DNA of 32,000 nucleotides from Candidatus Jordarchaeales archaeon (lineage in GTDB: Archaea; Asgardarchaeota; Jordiarchaeia; Jordiarchaeales; Freyrarchaeaceae): assembly GCA_038858525.1 (NCBI GenBank), contig JAWCFL010000003.1, forward strand, positions 88,105-120,104. Direction: 5' to 3'. Made by a program: the position numbers and the translations under genes. The notes beneath the pieces were generated by a model. That model was not told where the DNA came from and searched no databases. It saw only the letters and a program-made list of their open reading frames with translations. Below are positions 30,956-32,000 of the stretch, piece by piece. Each line of letters opens with the position of its first letter. The first letter of the stretch is position 1.

Positions 30956-32000
30956 ATGATGAATATTGAAGCGTCCTTAAAGCATATTCAGCGAATGGCG
31001 GAAGATGTCAGAAGAGAAGTTTTGAAACATAGCATAGCTTACTATCCGCATGAGAAAATCATTTTCTTATTGGCGCATAGACATGATGGGAGTTTTGAGG
31101 GTAAAACATGCTTGGCCAAAGCGCTTTGCATACTTGATGTGCTCATATTCAGAAAGCGAGATCACATCGTGATAGATTACTTCGGACCTGAAGACGCGAA
31201 TTTCCCTAGAGCTATCGGACTTCTCTCCGCTGGAAAGTATTTACACATTCAGCGAATAAACTCTAAGGAGCATGTTTTACTAACTTGGCGTGGTTACGAT
31301 TATTTTAGGAAAATAGAGAGGGTGAGGGTTCCTATTTTGATGGAGTTCCTTCAAGAACTGATTGAACTCGCCCACAAAGCAGATGAAAACCTGATTAATA
31401 CAACTTATCATTTGCTTTTTCATGCGAAATGGGGGGAAAGAAAAGTTCCATTAAGCGCTTTCTTAAAAGGAGACGAAGTGATATATAATTCTTTAGTATA
31501 TAATTTTTACAGGAATCAACCATCATTATTATTAGAGGAGAGAGGAGAAGTTTCCGGAATATATGGGAAAGAAAGGATGGAAGTAGAGATTGACGACTTA
31601 ATTCTCCCTTCATATAATGAGAAAGGGTTGGAAGGAGATGATATGAAGGACGGGCAACATCTAGCACTTCCATACTTAGAGGCAGCCAACCTCTTTATAA
31701 TGTTAACAGGGAGACAACCCACATTAGGAGATATAGCAAAAATGGCTTTCTCTAGGTTGAGCTATCATGAAAGGTTAGAGAAAAACATTATTGAAAAAAA
31801 CGAAAGAGAGATGCATTCTATCAGAAAAGAAGCTATACTAAAAGAGTGCGGTAGACACTTAGAGCTCCTGTGCGAAAGAGGGCTTTTAGAGAGAACGAAA
31901 GTAGGGAGAAAATGGATGTACATACCAGCAGCGAGAACATACTCGTTTGGAGAGTACAATTATACGCTTGTGAATCGTACCGAAGCGCGTAATTATCTAA
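30956..32000 (+). CDS. Winged-helix protein (N-terminal YwgA/SocA-Panacea-like domain, second wHTH); runs off the right edge; absent from ORF track
   Basis: 348 uninterrupted codons translated by hand; FEGKTCLAKAL...DYFGPED...LLTWRGYDY and RHLELLCERGLLERTKVGRKWMY. Confidence 0.7.
   Translation, partial: MMNIEASLKHIQRMAEDVRREVLKHSIAYYPHEKIIFLLAHRHDGSFEGKTCLAKALCILDVLIFRKRDHIVIDYFGPEDANFPRAIGLLSAGKYLHIQRINSKEHVLLTWRGYDYFRKIERVRVPILMEFLQELIELAHKADENLINTTYHLLFHAKWGERKVPLSAFLKGDEVIYNSLVYNFYRNQPSLLLEERGEVSGIYGKERMEVEIDDLILPSYNEKGLEGDDMKDGQHLALPYLEAANLFIMLTGRQPTLGDIAKMAFSRLSYHERLEKNIIEKNEREMHSIRKEAILKECGRHLELLCERGLLERTKVGRKWMYIPAARTYSFGEYNYTLVNRTEARNYL

Overview
Archaeal chromosomal window, most likely from an Asgard archaeon (inference from co-transcribed ESCRT-I/II genes), with TACK-like traits (PolB1-type polymerase, non-canonical tRNA introns). 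Housekeeping content: 5' part of argG, Cdc48, single-chain RNA polymerase subunit B, PolB1, Fae-Hps, an Lrp/AsnC regulator, a DUF151 nuclease and an ATP-NAD kinase-family protein. Eukaryotic-signature content is dense: Vps23(UEV)-Vps28-Vps22/36 operon, an IFT52-like GIFT domain fused to a steadiness-box-like tail, two SNAP-like helical-repeat proteins and a SNAP-like/PCI/zinc-ribbon protein close to cdc48. Also a solo tnpB element and, not shown by the ORF track, a tRNA-Lys(UUU) with three non-canonical introns, a 52-aa seven-cysteine protein and two ORFs cut by the window edges. All family assignments come from motif recognition by eye, not from database searches.
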